A DNA stretch of 64,000 nucleotides, from assembly GCA_035627595.1 (NCBI GenBank), contig DASPLK010000002.1, positions 1,824 through 65,823 of the forward strand, given 5' to 3'. This stretch comes from Minisyncoccota bacterium. GTDB lineage: Bacteria; Patescibacteriota; Minisyncoccia; Phycocordibacterales; Phycocordibacteraceae. Shown one piece after another: positions 38,005 to 46,177 of the stretch. The first letter of the stretch is position 1. Each line of letters opens with the position of its first letter. Position numbers and translations under genes: made by a program. The notes below the pieces were generated by a model. That model was not told the DNA's origin, did not search any database, and was given only the letters and a program-made list of their open reading frames with translations.

Positions 38005-41000
38005 TCAAAGCGCCTTCATGTTCTCAATGGAGAGCGATGTCTCGCCGTTTCTTCCGGAGATGGTCGCTTTTATGAGAAGGCAGGTGCCAGGCACGAGAAA
38101 CTCTGCGAAGTCCTTGTATAGTTTCGTGAAGATAACTGCCTCGATGGAGTCGGTTTTATCTGCAAAGCGCACGAATGCCATCTTCTCGCCCTTCTTGGTA
38201 AGGATAGTGCGCACCTCTTCAACAATGACCGGAAGAATTACTGGAAGTCCTGGGGTCGGATCTGCGAGCACATTCGCAATCGTCCGCTTCGCCTTGTTCA
38301 ACGTTTCCGCATGCTCATCAAGGGGGTGACCGGAGACATAAATGCCCAAAAGCTCCTTCTCCCATACAAGCTTCTCTCCCAGAGAGATCTCGACGACCTC
38401 CTCTGGAAGTCGAAGTGTAGGCGCGCTCATAGTGCCAAACAGGGAATCCTGATGCGCTGTCTGCGTAGCGTCCCTATGGAAGGTGAGCATCTGCTCGATA
38501 TGGCGAAGCATGAGTCCGCGATCGCCGAGACTGTCGAGCGCACCGCACTTGATCAGAGACTCGAGGGATTTACGGTTTAGTGCTCTTGAACCGATACGGC
38601 AGAGGAAATCGGAAAGGGAGGAGAATGGTCCACCCTCCTGACGCGCACGCAGAATCTCCTCAGATATACCCTCACCGAAGTTCTTAATGGATGTGAGGCC
38701 GAAGCGGATGGCATCCGTGCCATCCTCGCGGTCTTTGCCTAATACGACGGTGAAGTCGGTGCCGCTCTCGTTAACGTCCGGCGGGAGTACAGGTATACCG
38801 AGTCGCACGCACTCTGCAACGAAGATTGCGATAGCTTCGGTATCTCCCGCGTCAGCAGTAAGCACGGCAGCCATGTACTCGACCGGGTGATTAGCCTTCA
38901 TATACGCGGTCTGGTACGCCACCTTGCCGTAGCTTGCAGCGTGCGCCTTATTGAAACCGTACGCGGCAAAGGGCTCGATGAGCTTCCAAATACGCTCAGC
39001 TTTCTCTCTGCTGAGCTTTCCGAAATCCATAAAGCCTTGCAAGAGCTTCTCCTTCTGCGCCTCCATCTCAGCCGGGATCTTCTTTCCCATAGCCTTTCGG
39101 AGATTGTCGGCTTCGAGCCAGGAGTACCCACCCAGCTTAATCGCGGTCAAAAGCACGTCGTCCTGATACACGAGAAGCCCGTACGACGCATCGAGGTAGT
39201 CTTTCATGCGCTCGTCCATATAGTGGATGAGCTTCGAATTATGCTTACGCTCCACATACTGTGGGATCGTTTCCATCGGGCCCGGTCGATAGAGCGCGAC
39301 CATGGCATTGATGTCATGGATAGTAGTAGGACGGAGCTCTTTGAGGTACCGGGTCATGCCCGAACCGTTTAGCTGGAAGAGCCCCTCGGTCTCGCCGCGG
39401 GCGAGCATAGAAAAGGTAAGGGCATCGTCAAGCGGTATGTTCTCGATATCTATCCAGCGGTCGCGACTCTCCCTTACGCGGTCAACTGCGTCAGAAAGGA
39501 TCGCAAGGTTCTTAATGCCGAGAAAGTCGAATTTGAGAAGACCCGCATCTTCAATCGCATGCATGTCGTACTGTGTAATCAATTTCCCGGTCTTAGGGTC
39601 GGTCTGAAGGGCGGTCCATTCCGTAAGCGGGGTAGGAGCAATGACGACGCCTGCGGCATGCACGCCCGTATGGCGGGCTGATCCCTCAATGCGGCGAGCA
39701 AGATCTATGACTTCTTTCACATCGTCATCGCTCTCATAGAGATTCTTTAATTCCTCCTCAAGCTCGAGCGCGCGACCGATGGTCATGGGGAATCCCTGGC
39801 TGCCCATGGGGATCAACTTTGCGATGCGGTCGCCAATACCGTAGGAGTGCCCTAAAGCGCGTGCTACGTCGCGAACTGCAGCACGCGCCATCATAGTGCC
39901 AAACGTACCGATCTGCGCGACCTTATCCTCGCCGTACTTCCTTTTCGCATACTGAATAACCTCGTCACGGCGGTTGTCGGCGAAGTCCATATCGATGTCC
40001 GGCGCCTTTGGGCGTTCTGGATTGAGGAAGCGCTCGAACGGAAGCTTGTATGCGATAGGGTCGACGTTCGTTATGCCAACCAAGTATGAGACTAGGGAGC
40101 CAGCAGCCGAACCGCGAGTCGTAGTAAGGATGCCCGCGCTTTTGGCAAACGTGAGGAGGTCCGAGACCACAAGATAGTACGGAGCGAAGCCCTTAGAGAT
40201 AATGACTTCGAGTTCATACTCGATACGCTCCTTCACCTCAGGAGTCTCCTTCATACCGCGCATGGAGAGACCGGCGTACGTGCGCTCTCGTAAGACTTGC
40301 TCATGCGTTTTGCCCTCCTCAACCTCGATAGCAGGGAAGACCCAGCTTCCAAGCTCAAACGATACGTTGCAGCGTTCTGCGATCTCTCCTGAACGCCAGA
40401 CCGCATCTTCCTCGTCCTTGAACCATTCAAGCATTTCTTTCTCAGTAACGAACGAGAAGTCCTCGACTTCATTTGCGCCGTGCCGCCCGTGCTTGATGCG
40501 ACGCAGTACCTCATTTGCTTCTCGATCATCAGGGCGCAGATAATAAACATCGTGTTGCGCCACAAGAGGAACGCCTGACTCTTTAGAAAGCGCGCGTACG
40601 CCGTCCATGCGCTTTATATGACCATCCGCTTTCGGGTGATGCGTAATCTCGAGGAATACGTTGCCCTTGCCAAACACACTTACGTACTCAGCCAGAGCAG
40701 CGGCAGCGCCTGCAACATCGCCTGCCGATAGGAGCTTCATGGGTGCTCCAGCAAATGAGGGGATGAGCGCTATGAGTCCATCCTTATGCTCCTTAAGTAT
40801 CTCGAGGTCTATGCGCGGGCGGTCGGACATACCCTCGGTAAAGGAGAGGGTGACAAGTTTCAAAAGATTCTTATACCCGGCTTCGTTTTCAGCCAAAAGG
40901 ACGAGACGTGAGAATTTCTCGTTAGCATCGCGGTCGTGCCGGGAGCGCTGCGCGACGTATGCGTCGACGCCGATGATGGGCTTGATGCCGGCCTTGGTCG

Positions 41001-41163
41001 CAGCTTTATAGAACTCGATGACACCATGGAGGTTGCCTGCATCCGTAAGCGCGAGTGCCTCCATCCCAGCTTCCTTCGCGGTTTTAACGAGTTCCGGAAT
41101 CTTTGGAAGCGCCTCAAGGAAGGAGTAGTGGCTATGAACGTGGAGGTGCGCGTAGCGACTCAT
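38005..41163 (-). CDS. dnaE: DNA polymerase III alpha subunit
   Basis: HLHVHSHYS PHP start; RGSAAGSLV, FERFLNPER..PDID.D, KFDFLG, YGFNKAHA and OB-fold motifs. Start at 41163. Confidence 0.96.
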   Translation of the reverse strand: MSRYAHLHVHSHYSFLEALPKIPELVKTAKEAGMEALALTDAGNLHGVIEFYKAATKAGIKPIIGVDAYVAQRSRHDRDANEKFSRLVLLAENEAGYKNLLKLVTLSFTEGMSDRPRIDLEILKEHKDGLIALIPSFAGAPMKLLSAGDVAGAAAALAEYVSVFGKGNVFLEITHHPKADGHIKRMDGVRALSKESGVPLVAQHDVYYLRPDDREANEVLRRIKHGRHGANEVEDFSFVTEKEMLEWFKDEEDAVWRSGEIAERCNVSFELGSWVFPAIEVEEGKTHEQVLRERTYAGLSMRGMKETPEVKERIEYELEVIISKGFAPYYLVVSDLLTFAKSAGILTTTRGSAAGSLVSYLVGITNVDPIAYKLPFERFLNPERPKAPDIDMDFADNRRDEVIQYAKRKYGEDKVAQIGTFGTMMARAAVRDVARALGHSYGIGDRIAKLIPMGSQGFPMTIGRALELEEELKNLYESDDDVKEVIDLARRIEGSARHTGVHAAGVVIAPTPLTEWTALQTDPKTGKLITQYDMHAIEDAGLLKFDFLGIKNLAILSDAVDRVRESRDRWIDIENIPLDDALTFSMLARGETEGLFQLNGSGMTRYLKELRPTTIHDINAMVALYRPGPMETIPQYVERKHNSKLIHYMDERMKDYLDASYGLLVYQDDVLLTAIKLGGYSWLEADNLRKAMGKKIPAEMEAQKEKLLQGFMDFGKLSREKAERIWKLIEPFAAYGFNKAHAASYGKVAYQTAYMKANHPVEYMAAVLTADAGDTEAIAIFVAECVRLGIPVLPPDVNESGTDFTVVLGKDREDGTDAIRFGLTSIKNFGEGISEEILRARQEGGPFSSLSDFLCRIGSRALNRKSLESLIKCGALDSLGDRGLMLRHIEQMLTFHRDATQTAHQDSLFGTMSAPTLRLPEEVVEISLGEKLVWEKELLGIYVSGHPLDEHAETLNKAKRTIANVLADPTPGLPVILPVIVEEVRTILTKKGEKMAFVRFADKTDSIEAVIFTKLYKDFAEFLVPGTCLLIKATISGRNGETSLSIENMKAL

Positions 41164-41238
41164 TACCCCTAGGATACCAAAGCATCGGCTATCCTCAGAG
41201 CGCACAGGAAACGAGGGCGTACATGCTATAAAATGTAT

Positions 41239-41763
41239 ATGGTTTCCACGCGTAATACGCGCGGCTTCACGCTCATCGAGCTCCTGGTTGTCATCGCCAT
41301 AATCGGCATTCTCTCAGCTACGGTGCTCGTTTCCTTGAACACCGCACGTGGGAAAGCACGTGATGCTCGGCGTCTTTCCGACCTGCGGCAAGTGCAAATT
41401 GCGCTTGAGCTCTATTACCACGCACACGGTTCATATCCCGTATCGCCAGCAGGTGGCTTCACCTGGGCGCGCAGCTCATGTGTCACCGGAAGTCAGTACT
41501 ATACGGCGCTTGAGCCGTTAGTGTCTGAAGGGTACTTGCCATCCATACCTATAGATCCGGTCAACCAAAGCAGTGGCAGTCCTATACATTGCTACTGGTA
41601 CTTTACCGAACAGCACGATGGCGGAAACTGCGGTACTGCCGTTAATGCGAATGAATACGAGTATGTCCTCTTCTTCTCTACGGAGGGTGCCGATCTAAAC
41701 CATCCAGTAGGTCGCGTTGGTGCTTCTGGCCCATCGTGGTGCCTGCTCGGTCCGAAGAGGTAG
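41239..41763 (+). CDS. Type IV pilin-like protein (pilin 5)
   Basis: G|[17 protein letters not shown]...ARDARRLSDL.QV..ALELYY. Start is 41239 or 41233. Confidence 0.92.
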   Translation: MVSTRNTRGFTLIELLVVIAIIGILSATVLVSLNTARGKARDARRLSDLRQVQIALELYYHAHGSYPVSPAGGFTWARSSCVTGSQYYTALEPLVSEGYLPSIPIDPVNQSSGSPIHCYWYFTEQHDGGNCGTAVNANEYEYVLFFSTEGADLNHPVGRVGASGPSWCLLGPKR

Positions 41764-41831
41764 GTCGTATATCCTAGAAATGGCGCGTAGCAATATTAAA
41801 TTCTATGTAGCGTGCGTGCTATAAAAGGTAT

Positions 41832-42341
41832 ATGTTCACTTCCCGGAGCGAGCGCGGCTTCACGCTTATCGAGCTCCTGGTCGTCATCGCTATCATCGGC
41901 ATTCTATCGGCGACCGTGCTCGTGTCTTTGAATACAGCGAGAACAAAAGCGCGGACCGCAGCCATAAAAGCGCAGGTCATTGAATTCCGTAAATTAATGG
42001 AGCTTGAACACCTTCAGACTGGAAGCTATGTGAACCTTGCACGTGGTTGGGTTGGAACCGGCGCCACAAACCCCACATGCGAAAATCGTGGATATGCCGG
42101 AGCATACGCGGATCAGGCTGTTGCCATCTGTAGAGGCATAGTCTCAAATGGCATTGCGGGGGAAAATGTTTTACATACAGGCGTAAATACCGCACTCGGG
42201 TTTACCTACACAGAGGACGTGGCAATTATGGCCGTGCTTCCCGACGGAAACATGTTTTGCGCGGGGTCTAGCGGAGCGACTTCGGAGGTTGCATTTTTAA
42301 GTGCGAATTATGTACAGCCCGGCTGTTACAGCAACCCCTAA
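41832..42341 (+). CDS. Type IV pilin-like protein (pilin 6)
   Basis: G|[17 protein letters not shown]; diverges from the others after KAR; four Cys. Confidence 0.92.
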   Translation: MFTSRSERGFTLIELLVVIAIIGILSATVLVSLNTARTKARTAAIKAQVIEFRKLMELEHLQTGSYVNLARGWVGTGATNPTCENRGYAGAYADQAVAICRGIVSNGIAGENVLHTGVNTALGFTYTEDVAIMAVLPDGNMFCAGSSGATSEVAFLSANYVQPGCYSNP

Positions 42342-42346
42342 CGCAT

Positions 42347-42919
42347 ATGTATATTCTCGGTATTGATGAAGCCGGGCGTGGTCCACTCGCCGGCCCGCTT
42401 GCAATCGGATTTGTGCGCGCACCCGACGGATTCGATTTTCTAGGCGCATTCTCTGGTTTGAATGACTCTAAGCAATTATCCGAGAAAAGCCGGGAAGTGA
42501 TTTTTGCGCTGCTTGAAGGGTGCGGGGAAGTCGCGTATCGGGTTGAGTGGATTGAAGCAAGCGAAATAGATGCACATGGCCTTACCGCCTCAATTGGTGC
42601 CGCAGTTGCGCGCGGTGTGCGCGCACTCATGCAGCCGGAGGAAGGGAAGGTGTATCTTGATGGCTCATTGAAAGCGCCTGCCGAGTACGTGCAAGAAACA
42701 GTTATTGGTGGCGACGCACTCATCCCGGCAATTATGATTGCCTCTGTCGCAGCAAAAGTGCTGCGGGATAGAAAGATGGTAGAACTCGCAGAGAAGTATC
42801 CTGGGTATGGATTTGAAAAACACAAAGGGTATGGCACCAAAATGCATTACGAAGCGCTCAAGTTGCTTGGTCCCTGTGATGAACACCGCAGGCTCTTCCT
42901 TCGCAAGTTGTCCAAGTAA
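42347..42919 (+). CDS. rnhB: Ribonuclease HII
   Basis: GIDEAGRGPLAGP, LNDSK, LDG, GD...ASV.AKV.RD and HKGYGT motifs. Confidence 0.95.
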   Translation: MYILGIDEAGRGPLAGPLAIGFVRAPDGFDFLGAFSGLNDSKQLSEKSREVIFALLEGCGEVAYRVEWIEASEIDAHGLTASIGAAVARGVRALMQPEEGKVYLDGSLKAPAEYVQETVIGGDALIPAIMIASVAAKVLRDRKMVELAEKYPGYGFEKHKGYGTKMHYEALKLLGPCDEHRRLFLRKLSK

Positions 42920-42925
42920 AAGCAA

Positions 42926-42950
42926 TCCCTCCGGGTGTTAACCGGAGGGA
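42926..42950. terminator. Hairpin after rnhB
   Basis: tccctccgg-gtgttaa-ccggaggga. Confidence 0.55.
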
Positions 42951-42955
42951 CGAGC

Positions 42956-43174
42956 TCAGTGTCGGAAGGCGCCCGAAGACGCCCATGGTGAGCTGTGGAG
43001 GCTAGCCCGCCTCAGGGTGTCCAAACCCATGAGCATTGCTACTCGGGGATCTGGAAACCCTGACGCGAACATGAGACTCCGGTATTGGCTTCGAGCTGAT
43101 ACCTCATTGAGGCCCCCAAAAAACAGGGTAAACATGTACTTTTCGAAGCCTAACCTTAGCTGCTCTTGCTGCAT
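42956..43174 (-). CDS. Possible small hypothetical protein
   Basis: 72-aa ORF filling an otherwise empty gap and ending next to a hairpin; no recognisable motif. Confidence 0.3.
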   Translation of the reverse strand: MQQEQLRLGFEKYMFTLFFGGLNEVSARSQYRSLMFASGFPDPRVAMLMGLDTLRRASLHSSPWASSGAFRH

Positions 43175-43305
43175 CAGGTTACGGCCCCGCGCTCCAGCAA
43201 ATGGGCAAAGAGGGCGGGCATTCCCATCTTTTCACCGTATCGTCCCTCTGGCAAGTAAATACGGCACCCTTCCGCTTTTTAGGGCCCTATGGTACGGTAT
43301 GCCCC

Positions 43306-43662
43306 ATGTCAGTACGAATGCGCCATACCAGTTCCCACACCAAGAACCGCCGCAGCCATCACGCGCTAACGGCGGATAAGGTCGTGAAGGATAAGGACTC
43401 GGGCGCGCTACGCCTGCCGCACCGTCTCGATGAGACGACCGGCATGTACCGCGGCAAGCTCATCGTTCCTGAGCGCAAGAAGGCGCTTAAGAAGGAGGAG
43501 AAGCGTCGTGAGCGCAACGAGGGCAAGAAGGAGGAGATGCTGAACGCAGGCATGGGCCACAAGGAGCCCGTACATATGGAAGAGAAGCAGCCTGAAAAGA
43601 AGGGCGTTCTCGGCCGCATGACTAAGGGCCGCGTCACCTCCCGCAACGCCACCGGTTCCTAA
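43306..43662 (+). CDS. rpmF: 50S ribosomal protein L32 with a long basic C-terminal extension, no Cys
   Basis: RHT.S....RRSHHAL...LPHR.D..TG.YRGK; TGgTACGGT lies 7 nt before ATG 43306. Confidence 0.85.
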   Translation: MSVRMRHTSSHTKNRRSHHALTADKVVKDKDSGALRLPHRLDETTGMYRGKLIVPERKKALKKEEKRRERNEGKKEEMLNAGMGHKEPVHMEEKQPEKKGVLGRMTKGRVTSRNATGS

Positions 43663-43680
43663 TCCTTCCCATCAAGGGAC

Positions 43681-43718
43681 AATGCACAACCCCGCGCACT
43701 TGCGCGGGGTTGTGCATT
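43681..43718. repeat. Perfect 17-bp inverted repeat between rpmF and nusB
   Basis: aatgcacaaccccgcgc-actt-gcgcggggttgtgcatt. Confidence 0.85.
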
Positions 43719-43751
43719 ACTGTTAGGCTTTAGGGACACGCTCTTTCCAGT

Positions 43752-44675
43752 ATGGCTAATCGGCACCTTGCACGCTCCGTTGTTCTGCAGACGCTCTTCG
43801 AGTGGGATACTGCGCATATCCCGCAGGAGGGAGTCGCAGAAGTCCTCGCTCGCAACATCGAGGAGTTCAGCGGCGACGAAACCGACCGGCCATTTATGGA
43901 ACAACTTCTCCAAGGCGTACTCGCCAAGCAGCCAGATCTCGACCTCGTTATCGCGAAAGCCGCTCCGGACTGGCCTATAGACCGCATCGCACCAGTAGAC
44001 CGAAACATCCTACGCATCGGCCTTTTTGAGCTTCTGTTTGCGGACCGCGCGCAAGTTCCTGCCAAGGTTGCAATAAACGAGGCGATTGAACTTGCCAAGG
44101 TGTTTGGCGGCGATTCCTCCGGCCGCTTTGTGAATGGTGTGCTTGGCGCTGTGTATAAGGAAATGGGCGAGCCCGGCAAGGATGAGACCGGCAAGAAGCA
44201 GCGTGTGAGGCGTGAGGACCTGCCGGTTGAGCACCTCGGCGGCGCAGTTGTGTACGCAGAGCACGAGGGTCAGTATTTCCTTGCGCTCGTCCATGATGTG
44301 TTTGGACACTGGACGCTCTCAAAGGGCAGACTCGCAGAAGGCGAAGACCTCAAGGACGGTACAAAGCGCGAGATCAAGGAGGAGATGGGTATCGATATTG
44401 AGATTGAACAAAAGATTGGTGAAAACGAATATGTCGCGTCGCACCCGGAGAAGGGAAAGTTCCGCAAGCATGTCACGTATTTCTTAGCGCGCTCCGAGTT
44501 TCTGCCGCTTAAGCTCGAGGAGGGGAAGGGCGGTCTCGATGACACGCGCTGGTTCCGTCTGACAGATATTCTTGACCTCAATTTCTATGACGACATGCTC
44601 CCTATCGTCACTCAGGGCGTACAGGAACTTCTCAATAAGTCGCAAGCAAAGAAAGAGGCAAACGAACAGCGCTAG
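43752..44675 (+). CDS. nusB: NusB fused to a C-terminal NUDIX hydrolase domain
   Basis: RHLAR...Q.LF, DRNILR...EL, VAINEAIELAK.F and FVNGVL, followed by an intact Nudix box G-RLAEG-E-DLKDGTK-REIKEEMG. Confidence 0.92.
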   Translation: MANRHLARSVVLQTLFEWDTAHIPQEGVAEVLARNIEEFSGDETDRPFMEQLLQGVLAKQPDLDLVIAKAAPDWPIDRIAPVDRNILRIGLFELLFADRAQVPAKVAINEAIELAKVFGGDSSGRFVNGVLGAVYKEMGEPGKDETGKKQRVRREDLPVEHLGGAVVYAEHEGQYFLALVHDVFGHWTLSKGRLAEGEDLKDGTKREIKEEMGIDIEIEQKIGENEYVASHPEKGKFRKHVTYFLARSEFLPLKLEEGKGGLDDTRWFRLTDILDLNFYDDMLPIVTQGVQELLNKSQAKKEANEQR

Positions 44676-44713
44676 CTTCCTTTTTGACCCCTTTTATTGC
44701 ATAGTGCAGACAT

Positions 44714-45400
44714 ATGAGCGATATCGCTTCTCATGCCGCAAGGCTCGGAATAGTATTCTCCGACCTCGACCTTTTGGCCGAGGCGTTAACGCATCGCTCC
44801 TATTTGAACGAGCATAAAGCCGCTAAGGCGCATAACGAGCGGCTCGAATTTTTGGGGGATGCGGTTCTTGAGCTCTCCATCACGCACTTCCTCTTTACGA
44901 AGTTTCCTAACAAGCCCGAGGGTGATTTGACCGCATATCGAGCGGCACTCGTGAACACATATTCTCTAGCTGAGACCGCAGAGGAGATCGGCCTTAATGA
45001 TATGTTGCTTCTCTCAAAAGGTGAGGCAAAGGATACCGGCCGCGCGCGTCAGATAATCCTTGCTAACGCGTTCGAAGCGGTACTAGGTGCAGTCTATCTC
45101 GACCAGGGGTACGAAGCTGCCAATGCCTTTGTTGAGCGGCACCTATGTCCAAAGATAGACGATATCGTCGCAAAGCGCGCATACCAGGACGCCAAAAGCC
45201 GTTTTCAGGAACTCGCCCAGGAGAAGAAGGGACATACACCGACCTATAAGACCATCAGTGAAGAAGGTCCAGATCACGATAAGAAGTTTACCGTCGGCGT
45301 ATTTGTCGGACATGACGAAGTAGCGCACGGAGAAGGAAAGAGTAAACAGGAAGCTGAGCAGGCAGCAGCAACAGCCGCCCTCTCTAAACTTGGGTGGTAA
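44714..45400 (+). CDS. rnc: Ribonuclease III
   Basis: ALTHRS, NERLEFLGDAVL, FEA..GA.YLD and a dsRBD with G.SKQEAEQ.AA. Confidence 0.97.
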   Translation: MSDIASHAARLGIVFSDLDLLAEALTHRSYLNEHKAAKAHNERLEFLGDAVLELSITHFLFTKFPNKPEGDLTAYRAALVNTYSLAETAEEIGLNDMLLLSKGEAKDTGRARQIILANAFEAVLGAVYLDQGYEAANAFVERHLCPKIDDIVAKRAYQDAKSRFQELAQEKKGHTPTYKTISEEGPDHDKKFTVGVFVGHDEVAHGEGKSKQEAEQAAATAALSKLGW

Positions 45401-45404
45401 ACGA

Positions 45405-45426
45405 GTGTCCTCCCGAGGGAGGACAC
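45405..45426. terminator. Hairpin between convergent rnc and the Gam-like gene
   Basis: gtgtcctcc-cgag-ggaggacac. Confidence 0.6.
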
Positions 45427-45435
45427 CGTGCCGTC

Positions 45436-46059
45436 TCATTCCTTAACTTTTGCGCGCTTGGGTTTTGTTACTTCCCATGTGATGTCGCTCGGATCTTCTG
45501 GGAGAGAGCCCTCAAGTCGCACGTCGCCACTCTTATTTGGACGGATCTCAATCTTCGTATCGAAGATCGTCGTCACCGTTTTGAGCCGCTTTGCGAGCTC
45601 GGGATCTTCCTGAAGCGCCTGCAAGTTCGGCGCGTCGGCGCCTCTCCTGATAAGCTTTCGTGCAAGGCCCTTGCGTCTAACCTCCTTGAAGAACGCATCC
45701 GTGTCGCCGCCTTTTATGCTAAAGCTCGGGCGTGGCACATCACGCTGACGAATCTCGCCAGTCGAGAAGCGCACGGTACGCATGCCGCGCTCGACCAGTT
45801 CATCCCATCGCGAGAGCACAAACTCGATAAGTACGTTCGCGACTGCAGTTGCCTTTAAAAGCTCAGGGTTTGAGAGAGCCTTCTTCTGCTCCTGAACCGC
45901 TGTCATCTTCTGCTGCAGCTTGGCTAAGCGCTTGTCGCACCGCGCTTCGATGGAACTCCGCTTGTTGAGGGCGACACCGATCCGCGACAGGAGACTAGCC
46001 GCCTCCCGGCGCGACGTAGGCGTTACAGGAATCAGGTCAGTTAAAGAACCGTTAGGCAT
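45436..46059 (-). CDS. Mu Gam-like host-nuclease inhibitor / DNA end-binding protein (SD-led orphan)
   Basis: P.SR.EA...L..IG, a long helical arm, DEL...G.RTV.F.TGEI..R..P..S.S and N..AL..DPE match the Mu Gam pattern; AAAGGAGG lies 5 nt upstream. Confidence 0.75.
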   Translation of the reverse strand: MPNGSLTDLIPVTPTSRREAASLLSRIGVALNKRSSIEARCDKRLAKLQQKMTAVQEQKKALSNPELLKATAVANVLIEFVLSRWDELVERGMRTVRFSTGEIRQRDVPRPSFSIKGGDTDAFFKEVRRKGLARKLIRRGADAPNLQALQEDPELAKRLKTVTTIFDTKIEIRPNKSGDVRLEGSLPEDPSDITWEVTKPKRAKVKE

Positions 46060-46177
46060 GTCCGCCTCCTTTCAATGGTCCGCACATAAGCATGCAGAGC
46101 TCGTTATTAAGAGCGGCTGAAGCTTTATCTGCAGTTCTCCCTTACGGCCCTCCAAAGGCGCGCTATACTACGTACAA

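Noticed and set aside
5882-42341. Diversity-generating retroelement acting on pilins or adhesins
   Set aside because: No reverse transcriptase and no template/variable repeat pair differing only at adenines were seen in the window.
45436-46059. Prophage around the Gam-like gene
   Set aside because: The flanks are rnc and smc; no other phage genes or att-like repeats were seen.
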